From assembly GCF_000014785.1 (NCBI RefSeq), contig NC_008340.1, forward strand, positions 1,260,001-1,292,000: a stretch of 32,000 nucleotides of DNA, written 5' to 3'. Positions 8,146 through 17,465 of this stretch are shown here, piece by piece. The notes beneath the pieces are model-generated. The model made no database searches. It had not been told where the DNA came from and saw only the letters and a program-made list of their open reading frames with translations. Made by a program: the position numbers and the translations under genes. Each line of letters starts with the position of its first letter. Within the stretch, counting starts at the first letter, position 1. Source of the DNA: Alkalilimnicola ehrlichii MLHE-1. Its GTDB lineage: Bacteria > Pseudomonadota > Gammaproteobacteria > Nitrococcales > Halorhodospiraceae.

Positions 8146-10173
8146 ATGACCGCCAGGTTCCAGCTCCAAAGCCGCTTCCAACCCGCCGGCGACCAGCCCA
8201 CGGCCATCGCCTCGCTGGTCGAGGGCCTCAACGCCGGCGAACGCCACCAGACCCTGCTCGGCGTCACCGGCTCCGGCAAAACCTTCACCATGGCCAACGT
8301 CATCCAGGCCGTGCAGCGGCCTGCCATGGTCCTGGCCCCCAACAAGACCCTCGCCGCCCAACTCTACGGCGAGATGCGCGAGTTCTTCCCCAAGAACCGC
8401 GTCGAGTACTTCGTCTCCTACTACGACTACTACCAACCCGAGGCCTACGTCCCGGCCTCCGACACCTTCATCGAGAAGGACGCCTCGGTGAACGAACACA
8501 TCGAACAGATGCGCCTGTCCGCCACCAAGGCCATCCTGGAACGGCAGGACACCATCATCGTCGCCTCCGTCTCCTCCATCTACGGCCTGGGCGACCCCCA
8601 GTCCTACATGGCCATGCTGCTGCACCTGGTGCGCGGCGAGACCATCGACCAGCGCCAGATCCTGCGCCGCCTGGCCGAAATGCAATACACCCGCAACGAC
8701 ATGGACTTCACCCGCGGCACCTACCGCGCCCGGGGCGAGGTCATCGACATCTTCCCGGCCGACGCCGAGGACGAGGCCGTGCGGGTGGAACTGTTCGACG
8801 ACGAGATCGAAGAGCTGTCGCACTTCGACCCCCTCACCGGCGAAGTGCTGCGCCGCGTGCCGCGCCTGACCATCTACCCCAAGACCCACTACGTCACCCC
8901 CCGCGGCCAGGTGCTGCGCGCCATCGACGCCATTAAGGAGGAACTGCGCGACCGGCTGGCGGAGCTGCGCGCCGCCGACAAACTGGTGGAGGCCCAGCGC
9001 TTGGAGCAGCGCACCTTGTTCGATCTGGAGATGATGCACGAGCTGGGCTACTGCAACGGCATCGAGAACTACTCCCGGCACCTCTCCGGCCGCGCCCCCG
9101 GTGAGCCGCCGCCCACCCTGTTCGACTACGTGCCTGAGGACGCCGTGGTCTTCATCGACGAATCCCACGTCACCATTCCGCAGTTGGGCGGCATGTACAA
9201 AGGCGACCGCAGCCGCAAGCAGACCCTGGTGGACTACGGCTTCCGCCTGCCCTCGGCCCTGGACAACCGGCCGCTGAAATTCGAGGAGTGGTTGCGCCTG
9301 GCACCCCAGTGCGTGCTGGTCTCCGCCACCCCCGGCCCCTGGGAGCATGAGCACAGCCAGCGGGTGGTGGAGCAGGTGGTGCGCCCCACCGGCCTGCTCG
9401 ATCCGGAAGTGGAGGTGCGCCCGGCGCTCAGCCAGGTGGACGACGTCTACGGCGAGATCACCGAGCGCGCCCGACGCGACGAGAGGGTGCTGGTCACCAC
9501 CCTGACCAAGCGCATGGCCGAGGACCTGACCGAATACCTGCACGAGAACGGCGTGCGGGTGCGCTACCTGCACTCCGATGTGGACACCGTGGAGCGCACC
9601 GAGATCATCCGCGATCTACGCCTGGGCGAGTTTGACGTGCTGGTGGGCATCAACCTGCTGCGCGAGGGCCTGGACATCCCCGAGGTGTCGCTGGTGGCCA
9701 TTTTGGATGCGGACAAGGAGGGGTTCCTGCGTTCCGAGCGCTCGCTGATTCAGACCATCGGCCGGGCGGCGCGTAACCTTGGCGGCAAGGCCATCCTTTA
9801 CGGTGATGAGATCACCAACTCCATGCGCCGGGCCATTGACGAGACCGAGCGGCGCCGCGCCAAGCAGCAGGCCCACAACGAGGCCCATGGCATCACCCCG
9901 AAGGGGGTGCGCAAGGACGTGGCCGATATCATGGAGCGGGGCGGCGCCCCGATACCGGGCGCGCCGCGGGGCCGTATCGACAAGGTGGCGGAAGAGGCCG
10001 CCAAGTACGGCCGTTACACCCCGGCCGAGGCGGTCAAGCGCATCAAGCAGCTGGAGAAACAGATGCGCGAGCACGCCCGCAACCTGGAGTTTGAAGAGGC
10101 CGCCCAGCTACGCGACGAGATCAAGCGCCTGGAGCGCTACGCCCTGGGCCGACCCGACGTGGCCAGCGCCTGA
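8146..10173 (+). CDS. uvrB: UvrABC system protein B (excinuclease ABC subunit B)
   Basis: [34 protein letters not shown]...[16 protein letters not shown]...SATPGPWE...[44 protein letters not shown], and a C-terminal UVR motif. The ORF track starts at GTG 8134; ATG 8146 is the alternative. Confidence 0.98.
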   Translation: MTARFQLQSRFQPAGDQPTAIASLVEGLNAGERHQTLLGVTGSGKTFTMANVIQAVQRPAMVLAPNKTLAAQLYGEMREFFPKNRVEYFVSYYDYYQPEAYVPASDTFIEKDASVNEHIEQMRLSATKAILERQDTIIVASVSSIYGLGDPQSYMAMLLHLVRGETIDQRQILRRLAEMQYTRNDMDFTRGTYRARGEVIDIFPADAEDEAVRVELFDDEIEELSHFDPLTGEVLRRVPRLTIYPKTHYVTPRGQVLRAIDAIKEELRDRLAELRAADKLVEAQRLEQRTLFDLEMMHELGYCNGIENYSRHLSGRAPGEPPPTLFDYVPEDAVVFIDESHVTIPQLGGMYKGDRSRKQTLVDYGFRLPSALDNRPLKFEEWLRLAPQCVLVSATPGPWEHEHSQRVVEQVVRPTGLLDPEVEVRPALSQVDDVYGEITERARRDERVLVTTLTKRMAEDLTEYLHENGVRVRYLHSDVDTVERTEIIRDLRLGEFDVLVGINLLREGLDIPEVSLVAILDADKEGFLRSERSLIQTIGRAARNLGGKAILYGDEITNSMRRAIDETERRRAKQQAHNEAHGITPKGVRKDVADIMERGGAPIPGAPRGRIDKVAEEAAKYGRYTPAEAVKRIKQLEKQMREHARNLEFEEAAQLRDEIKRLERYALGRPDVASA

Positions 10174-10218
10174 GCGCGGCCTACACCCCATCGGCCTCCG
10201 GGCCATTCACCCTTTGGG

Positions 10219-10237
10219 CGCCCGGCCATGCCGGGCG
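10219..10237. promoter_or_regulatory. Perfect GC-rich hairpin in the uvrB-rluB interval, just upstream of the likely rluB start
   Basis: CGCCCGGC (10219-10226) / GCCGGGCG (10230-10237) with a 3-nt loop. Function unknown. Confidence 0.4.
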
Positions 10238-10248
10238 ATAATACCGCC

Positions 10249-11100
10249 ATGTCTGAACAAGCAAACACCGAAAAACTGCAGAAGGTGCTGGCCCGCGCCG
10301 GGGTCGGCTCCCGCCGGCAGATGGAGGCCTGGATCGCCGAGGGGCGGGTCAAGGTCAACGGCCACGTTGCCCAACTGGGCGACCGGGTCACCGCCGAGGA
10401 CCGGCTGCAGGTGGACGGCCGGCCGGTGGCCCGGCGCAAGCTCCAGCCGGAGCGCCGGGTGCTGCTCTACTACAAGCCGGAGGGGCAGGTCTGCACCCGT
10501 GACGACCCCGAGGGGCGGCCCACGGTCTTTGAGAACCTGCCCGAGGCGGATGGCCGTTGGGTGGTGGTGGGCCGGCTGGACCTGAACAGCCAGGGCCTGC
10601 TGTTATTCACCACCGACGGGGAACTGGCCAATCGGCTCATGCACCCGTCCAGCGGCATCGAGCGGGAATACGCGGTGCGGGTTTACGGCGAGGTCACCCC
10701 CGAGATCCTGCGCCGGCTCCAGCAGGGCGTTACCCTGGACGACGGTGAGGCGGCCTTCACCCGCATCACGCCGGTCGTGGATTATAGGGCCCTGGGCTAT
10801 GAGGCCCCGCCCGGCAACGAGTGGTACCAGGTCACCCTGCGCGAGGGCCGTAACCGCGAGGTGCGCCGCCTCTGGGAGTCCCAGGGCCTGAAGGTGAGCC
10901 GGCTGATCCGGGTGCGCTACGGGCCGGTGAGCCTGCCGCGGGGGCTGCGTCGGGGCGAGCACCGGCCCCTGCGCGAGGGGCAGGTGGCCGCCCTCTGCCA
11001 GGCGGTGGGGTTGGAACACGAAACCCAAAAAGACAACGACAAACGCAAGGCCCCCCGGCACAAGGGGCGGCGCGGCAGAAGGCCCACCCGGCGCCGCTGA
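10249..11100 (+). CDS. rluB: 23S rRNA pseudouridine synthase, RluB type
   Basis: MSEQANTEKLQKVLARAGVGSRRQMEAWIAEGRVKVNGHVAQLGDRV (S4 domain), VVGRLDLNSQGLLLFTTDGELANRLMHPSSGIEREYAVRV, EGRNREVRRLWESQGLKVSRLIRVRYGP; basic C-terminal tail. The ORF track starts at ATG 10228. Confidence 0.9.
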   Translation: MSEQANTEKLQKVLARAGVGSRRQMEAWIAEGRVKVNGHVAQLGDRVTAEDRLQVDGRPVARRKLQPERRVLLYYKPEGQVCTRDDPEGRPTVFENLPEADGRWVVVGRLDLNSQGLLLFTTDGELANRLMHPSSGIEREYAVRVYGEVTPEILRRLQQGVTLDDGEAAFTRITPVVDYRALGYEAPPGNEWYQVTLREGRNREVRRLWESQGLKVSRLIRVRYGPVSLPRGLRRGEHRPLREGQVAALCQAVGLEHETQKDNDKRKAPRHKGRRGRRPTRRR

Positions 11101-11142
11101 CAGCGGCCGCCCGGCGGGCGTGGGGGCATTGGGGGGCGCCCG

Positions 11143-11910
11143 TTGGAGAACATTCCCGTCATCTATATGGTTCTGGCGCTCGCCGTGGTGCTGCTGGGCG
11201 GTCTGGTCCACGGCACTTTCGGCGTGGGCTTTCCGCTGGTCGCCACGCCGCTGCTGGCGCTGATGACCGACGTGCAGACCGCCATCCTGCTCACCCTGGC
11301 GCCGAATATCCTGGTCAACGGCTACAGTATGCTGCGCGGTGGCGGCTGGGCCGCCAGCCTGGGCCGCTTCTGGCCGATTGCCCTGTGGATGCTGGCCGGC
11401 GCGGTGGTGGGCACCCTGTGGCTGGTCTCGGTGGATCCCAACCCCTTCCGCCTGCTGCTGGCCGCGACCATGGTCTTCTACCTGACCAGCGGCCACTTCC
11501 ACCGTCTGGACTGGGGCTGGATCCGGCGCCACCCGCGCCGGTCCGGGGCCGGCTTCGGCTTCGGTGCCGGGGTTTTGGGGGGCACCGTGAACGTCGGTGG
11601 GCCGGTGCTGATGATCTTCTTCCTGGAGATGAAGGTGGCCCCGCTGGTCCTGGTCCAGGCCATCAACCTGGCCTTCTTCGTCAGCAAGATAGCCCAGGCC
11701 GGTACCTTCGCCGTGCTGGGCTATTTCGGCCTGGATCTGCTGCTCTGGTCCCTGCCGCTGGCGCTGATCAGCCTGGCGGGCCTGCGCGCCGGGATGGCCC
11801 TGCGCGACCGGGTACCGGCGGACCGCTTCCGCGGGTGGCTGCGCGGGTTGCTCTGGTTGATGGCCGGGATGCTGGTGGTGCAGTTTTTTGCCCAGTTCCT
11901 TGGGCAATGA
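11143..11910 (+). CDS. Sulfite exporter TauE/SafE family (DUF81) permease
   Basis: GTFGVGFPLVATPLLALMTDVQTAILLTLAPNILVNGYSMLRGG...GVLGGTVNVGGPVLMIFFLEMKVAPLVLVQAINLAFFVSKIAQ; multi-TM. Start TTG 11143, or ATG 11167. Confidence 0.85.
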   Translation: MENIPVIYMVLALAVVLLGGLVHGTFGVGFPLVATPLLALMTDVQTAILLTLAPNILVNGYSMLRGGGWAASLGRFWPIALWMLAGAVVGTLWLVSVDPNPFRLLLAATMVFYLTSGHFHRLDWGWIRRHPRRSGAGFGFGAGVLGGTVNVGGPVLMIFFLEMKVAPLVLVQAINLAFFVSKIAQAGTFAVLGYFGLDLLLWSLPLALISLAGLRAGMALRDRVPADRFRGWLRGLLWLMAGMLVVQFFAQFLGQ

Positions 11911-11929
11911 GGGGCGAACCCGCACCGAA

Positions 11930-14236
11930 TCAGGTCTTCGGTGCCGGCAGCTGCGCCTCAAACTGCTCCGCCGGCTGTGGGCGGGCGTAGAGATAGCCCT
12001 GGGCCAGGTCGCAACCGAGCTGGCGCAGGGCGGCAGCCTGGGCCTCGGTCTCTACGCCCTCGGCGACCACCGACAGCGACAGCACCTGCCCCAACTGGAC
12101 CACCGCGGCGGCGATGGCGGCCGGGTCGCCCCCATGCTCCATGCCGTCGACGAAGCTTCGGTCCAGCTTCAGCACCGAGACCGGGAATCGGCGCAGGTAG
12201 GCCAGCGAGGAGTAGCCGGTGCCGAAGTCGTCGATGGCCAGGGAGACGCCCAGCTCGCGCAGGGCCTGCAGCGTGCGCACGGAGGTGTCCATGTCCATCA
12301 TCACCGCGGTCTCGGTGATCTCCAGTTCCAGCAGGGTAGGGGGCAGTCCGGTCCGGGTCAGGGTTGCCTTGACCTGGTCCACCAGGTCGGCCTGGCGGAA
12401 TTGGGCCGATGAGAGGTTGACCGCCAGCTGGACCGGGCGGCCCTGGTCGAGCCAGCGACGGCCCTGACGGCAGGCCGTCTCCAGGACCCACTGGCCGATG
12501 TTGACGATCAGGCCCGATTTCTCCGCCTCTGGAATGAATTGGTCCGGCGGCACCAGGCCCCGCACCGGGTGGTGCCAGCGCAGCAGTACCTCGGCGCCGG
12601 CCAGCCGGCCGGAGGCCAAGTCCACCTTGGTTTGGTAATTGAGCAGCAGCTCGCCGCGCTCGAGGGCGTGCTCCAGGTCCCGGGCCAACGACTGGCGGGC
12701 CTGGAACCGGTCGGACATGCCTCGGACGTAGACACAGGTGCCACCCTTGGCCTTGGCCTCCTGTAACGCCAGGGTCGTGGCGGTCATCAGACTGTTGGCA
12801 CTCTCGCCGTGCTCGGGGAAGCAGGCGGCCCCGGCGCGGCCGCGCAGCCGGATCCGCCGCGGCCCGATTCGCAGGGTCTTCTCCACGGCGCGGCGTGCGG
12901 TCTCGGCCACCGTGTGGATGTCCCCCTCCGCGCGGATGGCCGGCTGGATGATGGCGAAGTCGTCGCCGTAGGGACGGGCGATGATGGCGTCAGCGGGGAG
13001 CACCTCCTCCAGGCGGTGGGCCAGGGTCTGCAGGATGCGGTCACCGACCTCGTCGCCCCAGGTGGCATTGATCTCGGTAAAGCCCTGCAGGTCCACCATG
13101 TGCAGACCCACCTTATGCCCCTCGGCACGGGCCCGGTTCAGGCACTCGGTGAGGTGGTCCTGGAACAGGGTCCGGTTGGGCAGTCCGGTGAGTGGGTCGT
13201 GGGTGGCCAGGTACTCGATGCGCTCGGCGTCGCGCCGGCGGCCCTCTAACTGCCGGTAGAGGCCCCGGCCGATGCCCACCGAGAGCAGCAGGGTGATGGT
13301 CAGCAGCCCGGCGGTGGCCGCGACCACCTGCTGGTTGGTCCGCTGCAGGGACCGCGCCTCGGCGCGCAGCTCCCCCACCACCTGATCCTGAAGGCGCTCG
13401 GAGAGCGCGCGCATAGCGTCGATGCGTTGGCTGGCCAGCCCGAACCAGGTTCGGGCCAGTGCTCCGTCGTTGGGCGGGGCGTTGGCCTCCAGTAGCTGGG
13501 TGCGCAGGTCCATGAACCGGTCCTCCGCCTCCAGGTCGATCAGGTGTTCTAACCGGTATCGGTGCTCCGGGTTGGAGAGCCGGTCGAACGCGAGCTGGTA
13601 CTCTCGCTGCAGGACCACATGGTGCAGCAGGTCCTGCTGGCGAAAGCCCGGGGGGGCGTTGTCAGCGATCATGATTGCGCCCAGGGCCCGTTCCCGTCCC
13701 GCCTGCTCCTTGATTTGAAAGAGCAGTAGATAGGCGATCAGGTCATTGTCGAGCCGTTCCAGCCCGAACGGCCCGATGAGTTCGCCGATCCGGCGGATCA
13801 ATGCCTCGATGACCTGGGTGTAGACGTGGATATGCAGTTCGGGGTCGAGCTGGTGGTTATCCACCGCCTCCCGGTGGTCCTGAAGCTTGCGCAGCTCCGC
13901 CTGCAGGCGCACCATCCAGGACGGCGGATCTGGGGCCTCCTCCCGCTGCCGGCGTAGCGTATCGAGGACCTGATCGGTCTCCTCGCGGGTGGCCGTGACC
14001 AGTTCCCGCAGGCGGGTATCGCCCGGAGCGGTCAGGTAGAGACTGCCGGCGCCGCGCTCCTGTTGCAGGGCGTGGATCAGCGGGGCAATGGCCTCGGCGT
14101 GGTCGAGCTGGGTCACGCGGGCCTCCAGCTGCCGGGTGGCCTCAATACGGTCATGGACCAGAAAGCCGGCGACTGCGAGGAAGGCCATGATGGGGAGCGC
14201 GATGGCCCAGGCGATGCGCTGCGCGATCTGTCTCAA
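11930..14236 (-). CDS. Membrane protein with nitrate/nitrite-sensing (NIT-like) domain, degenerate GGDEF and EAL domains
   Basis: N-terminal TM, then PLIHALQQERGAGSLYL (NIT signature); HDPLTGLPNRTLF (GGDEF domain) with YGDDF in place of GGDEF; EAL domain with AEVLLRWHHP, NLSSAQF, ELEITETAVM, IDDFGTGYSSLAYLRRFP, SVVAEGVET. Confidence 0.88.
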   Translation of the reverse strand: MRQIAQRIAWAIALPIMAFLAVAGFLVHDRIEATRQLEARVTQLDHAEAIAPLIHALQQERGAGSLYLTAPGDTRLRELVTATREETDQVLDTLRRQREEAPDPPSWMVRLQAELRKLQDHREAVDNHQLDPELHIHVYTQVIEALIRRIGELIGPFGLERLDNDLIAYLLLFQIKEQAGRERALGAIMIADNAPPGFRQQDLLHHVVLQREYQLAFDRLSNPEHRYRLEHLIDLEAEDRFMDLRTQLLEANAPPNDGALARTWFGLASQRIDAMRALSERLQDQVVGELRAEARSLQRTNQQVVAATAGLLTITLLLSVGIGRGLYRQLEGRRRDAERIEYLATHDPLTGLPNRTLFQDHLTECLNRARAEGHKVGLHMVDLQGFTEINATWGDEVGDRILQTLAHRLEEVLPADAIIARPYGDDFAIIQPAIRAEGDIHTVAETARRAVEKTLRIGPRRIRLRGRAGAACFPEHGESANSLMTATTLALQEAKAKGGTCVYVRGMSDRFQARQSLARDLEHALERGELLLNYQTKVDLASGRLAGAEVLLRWHHPVRGLVPPDQFIPEAEKSGLIVNIGQWVLETACRQGRRWLDQGRPVQLAVNLSSAQFRQADLVDQVKATLTRTGLPPTLLELEITETAVMMDMDTSVRTLQALRELGVSLAIDDFGTGYSSLAYLRRFPVSVLKLDRSFVDGMEHGGDPAAIAAAVVQLGQVLSLSVVAEGVETEAQAAALRQLGCDLAQGYLYARPQPAEQFEAQLPAPKT

Positions 14237-14352
14237 GACGACACTCCCTGATCGTCATGGGGAGACTGAGAAGACGATGGGGTGGAGATGGCAATAAGGG
14301 AAAACCTTACTCCAGTGTTAGTCATGACAGCGGGTTTCGCAAGGTAACGGGG

Positions 14353-15285
14353 ATGATGGGCGCCCGGAAACCGGAATGGGCTGTGTGGTCCGAGGGACTG
14401 GTGAAGCATTACGGCGGGCTGGCGGTGGTGGCCGGCGTCGACCTGGCGGTGCAGCCAGGAGAGTGTTTCGGGTTGCTGGGTCCGAACGGGGCCGGCAAGA
14501 CCACCACGTTGCGGATGCTGCTGGGGCATACCCCGCCGAGTGCCGGCACCCTGCAGGTGTTGGGCTTGCCGGTGCCGGCCCGGGCACGGGAGGTGCGTGC
14601 CCGCGCCGGGGTCGTGCCCCAGGTGGACAGCCTGGATCCGGACTTCACGGTGGTGGAGAACCTTTACACCTACGCCAGCTACTTTGGATTGCGCGGGCCG
14701 GAACTGGACCGGCGGGTGTCGGAGTTGCTGCGCTTCGCCAGCCTGGAGGGGCGCGAGGACGCCGCCATCCAGGCCCTGTCCGGGGGCATGAAGCGGCGCC
14801 TGACCCTGGCGCGGGCGCTGATCAACGATCCGGAGCTGGTGGTGCTGGACGAGCCCACCACTGGCCTGGATCCGCAGGCCCGCCAGCACATCTGGCGCCG
14901 TCTGCGGGCCCTGCTGGACCGGGGCCGCACGCTGATCCTCACCACCCACTATATGGAAGAGGCGGAGCGGCTCTGTGACCGTGTCGCCATCATCGACCAG
15001 GGACGGGTGGTGGCCAGCGATGCCCCGGGGGTGCTGATCCGCGCCCACATCGAGAACCAGGTGGTGGAGCTGGACGGGCGCGATGCAGAGCGGTGGCGGA
15101 GCTGGGGGCTGCAGCCCGATGGGGTCCGGCAGGAGGACTCGGGAGAGACAGTGCGGCTCTATGCGGCCGACGAACGGCTGCTGCTCGCATCCCTGGCCCC
15201 CTATCCGGAATTGCGCTGGGTGCACCGCCGGGCCAATCTGGAGGACGTCTTCCTGCGCCTGACCGGGCATGGGCTGAGGGACTGA
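14353..15285 (+). CDS. ABC transporter ATP-binding protein, NodI-like exporter family
   Basis: LVKHYGGLAVVAGVDLAVQPGECFGLLGPNGAGKTTTLRMLLG...LSGGMKRRLTLARALINDPELVVLDEPTTGLDPQARQHIW. Start at the ATG ATG at 14353. Confidence 0.88.
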   Translation: MMGARKPEWAVWSEGLVKHYGGLAVVAGVDLAVQPGECFGLLGPNGAGKTTTLRMLLGHTPPSAGTLQVLGLPVPARAREVRARAGVVPQVDSLDPDFTVVENLYTYASYFGLRGPELDRRVSELLRFASLEGREDAAIQALSGGMKRRLTLARALINDPELVVLDEPTTGLDPQARQHIWRRLRALLDRGRTLILTTHYMEEAERLCDRVAIIDQGRVVASDAPGVLIRAHIENQVVELDGRDAERWRSWGLQPDGVRQEDSGETVRLYAADERLLLASLAPYPELRWVHRRANLEDVFLRLTGHGLRD

Positions 15286-15288
15286 AGG

Positions 15289-16092
15289 ATGGACGGACGC
15301 GCGCGCGACGACATCACCCGGGGGCTGCGGCCGCGGCCCAGCCTGCGGTTCATCCCAGTCTGGCGGCGCAACGTGCGGGTCTGGCGCAAGCTGATGGTGC
15401 CCTCCATCCTGGGCAATTTCGGCGAGCCGCTGCTCTACCTGCTGGCCCTGGGCTACGGCTTTGGGCGGCTGGTGGGCGAGGTGAATGGCCTGCCCTATAT
15501 GGTCTTTCTGGCCTCGGGCATCGTTTGCTCCAGTGCCATGACCACGGCCAGCTTTGAGGCCATGTACTCCGCCTATACCCGGTTCTCCCAGCAGCAGACC
15601 TGGACGGCCATGCTGGGGGCGCCGCTGACGGTGGATGACATTGTGCTCGGTGAGGTGGCGTGGGGGGCCACCAAGGCCCTGATGAGCGCCACGGCCATCC
15701 TGGTGGTGGCCTCGCTGCTGGGGCTGGTGGCCGATGCGCGCGCGGTGCTGGCCCTGCCGGTGGTGTTGCTGACCGGCTTCTGTTTCGCGGCCATGGCCAT
15801 GGTGGTCACTGCGCTGGCGCGCAGCTACGACTTCTTCCTTTACTACTTTACGCTGGTGATCACCCCCATGCTGCTGCTCTCCGGGGTGTTCTTTCCCCTG
15901 GAGGCCCTGCCACAGGCGGTGGTTGCCGGTGCCTGGTGCCTGCCACTGGCGCACGCGGTGGCGCTGGTGCGGCCGTTGGTCATCGGCGAGTGGCCGGGCC
16001 TGGTTCTGGTGCACCTGGGGGTGATTGCGGTGTACGCCCTGGCAGGGTTGTCCCTGGCCACGTGGCTGCTGCGGCGCCGGATCATGAACTAG
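15289..16092 (+). CDS. ABC-2 type transporter permease, NodJ-like
   Basis: VWRRNVRVWRKLMVPSILGNFGEPLLYLLALGYGFGRLVGEVNGLPYMVFLASGIVCSSAMTTASFEAMYSAYTRF...LSGVFFPLEALP matches the NodJ family. It follows the nodI-like gene after 3 nt. Confidence 0.88.
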   Translation: MDGRARDDITRGLRPRPSLRFIPVWRRNVRVWRKLMVPSILGNFGEPLLYLLALGYGFGRLVGEVNGLPYMVFLASGIVCSSAMTTASFEAMYSAYTRFSQQQTWTAMLGAPLTVDDIVLGEVAWGATKALMSATAILVVASLLGLVADARAVLALPVVLLTGFCFAAMAMVVTALARSYDFFLYYFTLVITPMLLLSGVFFPLEALPQAVVAGAWCLPLAHAVALVRPLVIGEWPGLVLVHLGVIAVYALAGLSLATWLLRRRIMN

Positions 16093-16113
16093 GGCGGGCT
16101 CCGGCCGGGCGGC

Positions 16114-17427
16114 TCAGCCGAACAGGCCGTGCAGGAACCAGCGCCGGCGGCCACGGCGCTCGCGGAAGATCCACAGGCGGGCGCCGTCATGGTCGCGGGC
16201 CACGTAGTAGTCGCGGGCCACGTCGGCGCCGTCCCACCAGCCGCTCTCGATGCGCTCCGGCCCCCGCTCCAGGATCAGCGGGCCGCGGCAGACCGGCTGG
16301 CCCTGCTGCTGGCCGAGGATGCGCGGCCGCTCCAACAGCCAGGTGGGGCGGGGTTTCTGGGGGGCGGCGGCACCGGCCTGGCCCGGTGGCACCCGGCGCC
16401 AGGCCCGTTCCGGGCGGTGCTCCGGATGCACCGCCAGCCCGTGGGCGCGGGTCTCGCCCAGGCGTGCGGTCAGTCGCTCCAGCAGCACCCGCATGGGGTG
16501 ATGATCGTGGGCGGCGCGAGTGCCGGGCAGGGCCTCCGGCTCGGGCCGCAGGGGTTGGATGTCCTCGGCCAGCAGTGTGATCGCCTGTACCGGGGCGGCC
16601 AGCGGCTCCCGGGCCAGGCGTTCGCCAGCCACCCGCAGCAGACGCTCCGGGTCGCGGTCCGGCTCCGTCAGGCCGACGGTCAGCCGACTGGCGGGGCGGT
16701 GGAGGTGCTCCAGCACCAGCTCAAAGCGGGGGACACCGGCGTCCAGGCCGCGCAGCAGGCCCTGCAGTTCGTGCAGCAGCCGTTCCAGCAGGGGCAGCAG
16801 AGGGGTGAGGTTGTCCGTCTCCCGCACCAGTTCCCGGCGGCCCCGGTAGCGGGCCGGCGGCCGCCATTCGGGCAGCGGTTCGGGGCGGTGGCCCAGGGCC
16901 TGGTCCAGTTGCTGGTGGAGCGCCGGACCCAGACGACGGGCCAGTTCCCGGCGGGGCAGGGCCAGACAGTCGCCCAGGCGGCGCAGGCCCAGACCGTGCA
17001 GGGCCTGATGCTGGCGCGGTTCCAGGTCCAGCACCGCGAGGGGCAGCGGATCCAGGGCCTGGCGCAGGGCCTCGGGGCTCTGGAGGATCCGCTGTTGCCC
17101 GCAGCGCGCCAGCCAACAGGCCCCCCGGGGCGTGGGCGCCACCGCCCGCCGGGCCGTCCGGTCCAGCCGGCGCAGTCCGGTGTCAATCCTGGACAGCAGG
17201 GCCTGGAGGCCGCCGAATAGGTTCAGGCTGGCACCAATCTCCAGCACCAGCGTGGCCGGCGGCCAGGGGCAGACCCGGCTGCTGTACTGGTAGGCCCAGG
17301 CCGCCAGGTTTTCGAGGGGGTCGTCGGCCCCCTGATCGGCGGTCGCCCTGCACGCCCCCGTTGCCGGGGGCGTGCAGGGCGACTCGGGCAGGGCCTGGTC
17401 GGGCAGGTGGAGGGCCAGCCACAGCAT
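16114..17427 (-). CDS. imuB: Y-family polymerase-like DNA damage tolerance protein ImuB
   Basis: MLWLALHLPDQALPE...LENLAAWAYQYSSRVCPWPPATLVLEIGASLNLFGG...LPRRELARRLGPALHQQLDQALGHRPEPLPEWRPP...ARDYYVARDHDGARLWIFRERRGRRRWFLHGLFG; gene sits next to imuA and lexA. Confidence 0.85.
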   Translation of the reverse strand: MLWLALHLPDQALPESPCTPPATGACRATADQGADDPLENLAAWAYQYSSRVCPWPPATLVLEIGASLNLFGGLQALLSRIDTGLRRLDRTARRAVAPTPRGACWLARCGQQRILQSPEALRQALDPLPLAVLDLEPRQHQALHGLGLRRLGDCLALPRRELARRLGPALHQQLDQALGHRPEPLPEWRPPARYRGRRELVRETDNLTPLLPLLERLLHELQGLLRGLDAGVPRFELVLEHLHRPASRLTVGLTEPDRDPERLLRVAGERLAREPLAAPVQAITLLAEDIQPLRPEPEALPGTRAAHDHHPMRVLLERLTARLGETRAHGLAVHPEHRPERAWRRVPPGQAGAAAPQKPRPTWLLERPRILGQQQGQPVCRGPLILERGPERIESGWWDGADVARDYYVARDHDGARLWIFRERRGRRRWFLHGLFG

Positions 17428-17465
17428 CGCGGCATCTCCATGGCCGGGGCTGGGGCCGGCCCGGC

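Noticed and set aside
7791-8936. 381-aa plus ORF running through the inverted repeat into uvrB
   Set aside because: It is out of frame with uvrB and its sequence is repeat- and shadow-derived; no domain seen.
7933-9573. 546-aa minus-strand ORF opposite uvrB
   Set aside because: Antisense shadow of a strongly supported uvrB; high-GC DNA lacks stops in alternative frames and no family motif is visible.
10603-11961. 452-aa minus-strand ORF opposite rluB and the TauE/SafE gene
   Set aside because: Compositionally aberrant (His/Gln-rich), no motifs, overlaps two recognisable genes.
14233-16014. 593-aa minus-strand ORF opposite the NodI/NodJ-like genes
   Set aside because: His/Gln/Arg-rich low-complexity translation typical of a reverse-frame shadow; the plus-strand genes have clear ABC motifs.
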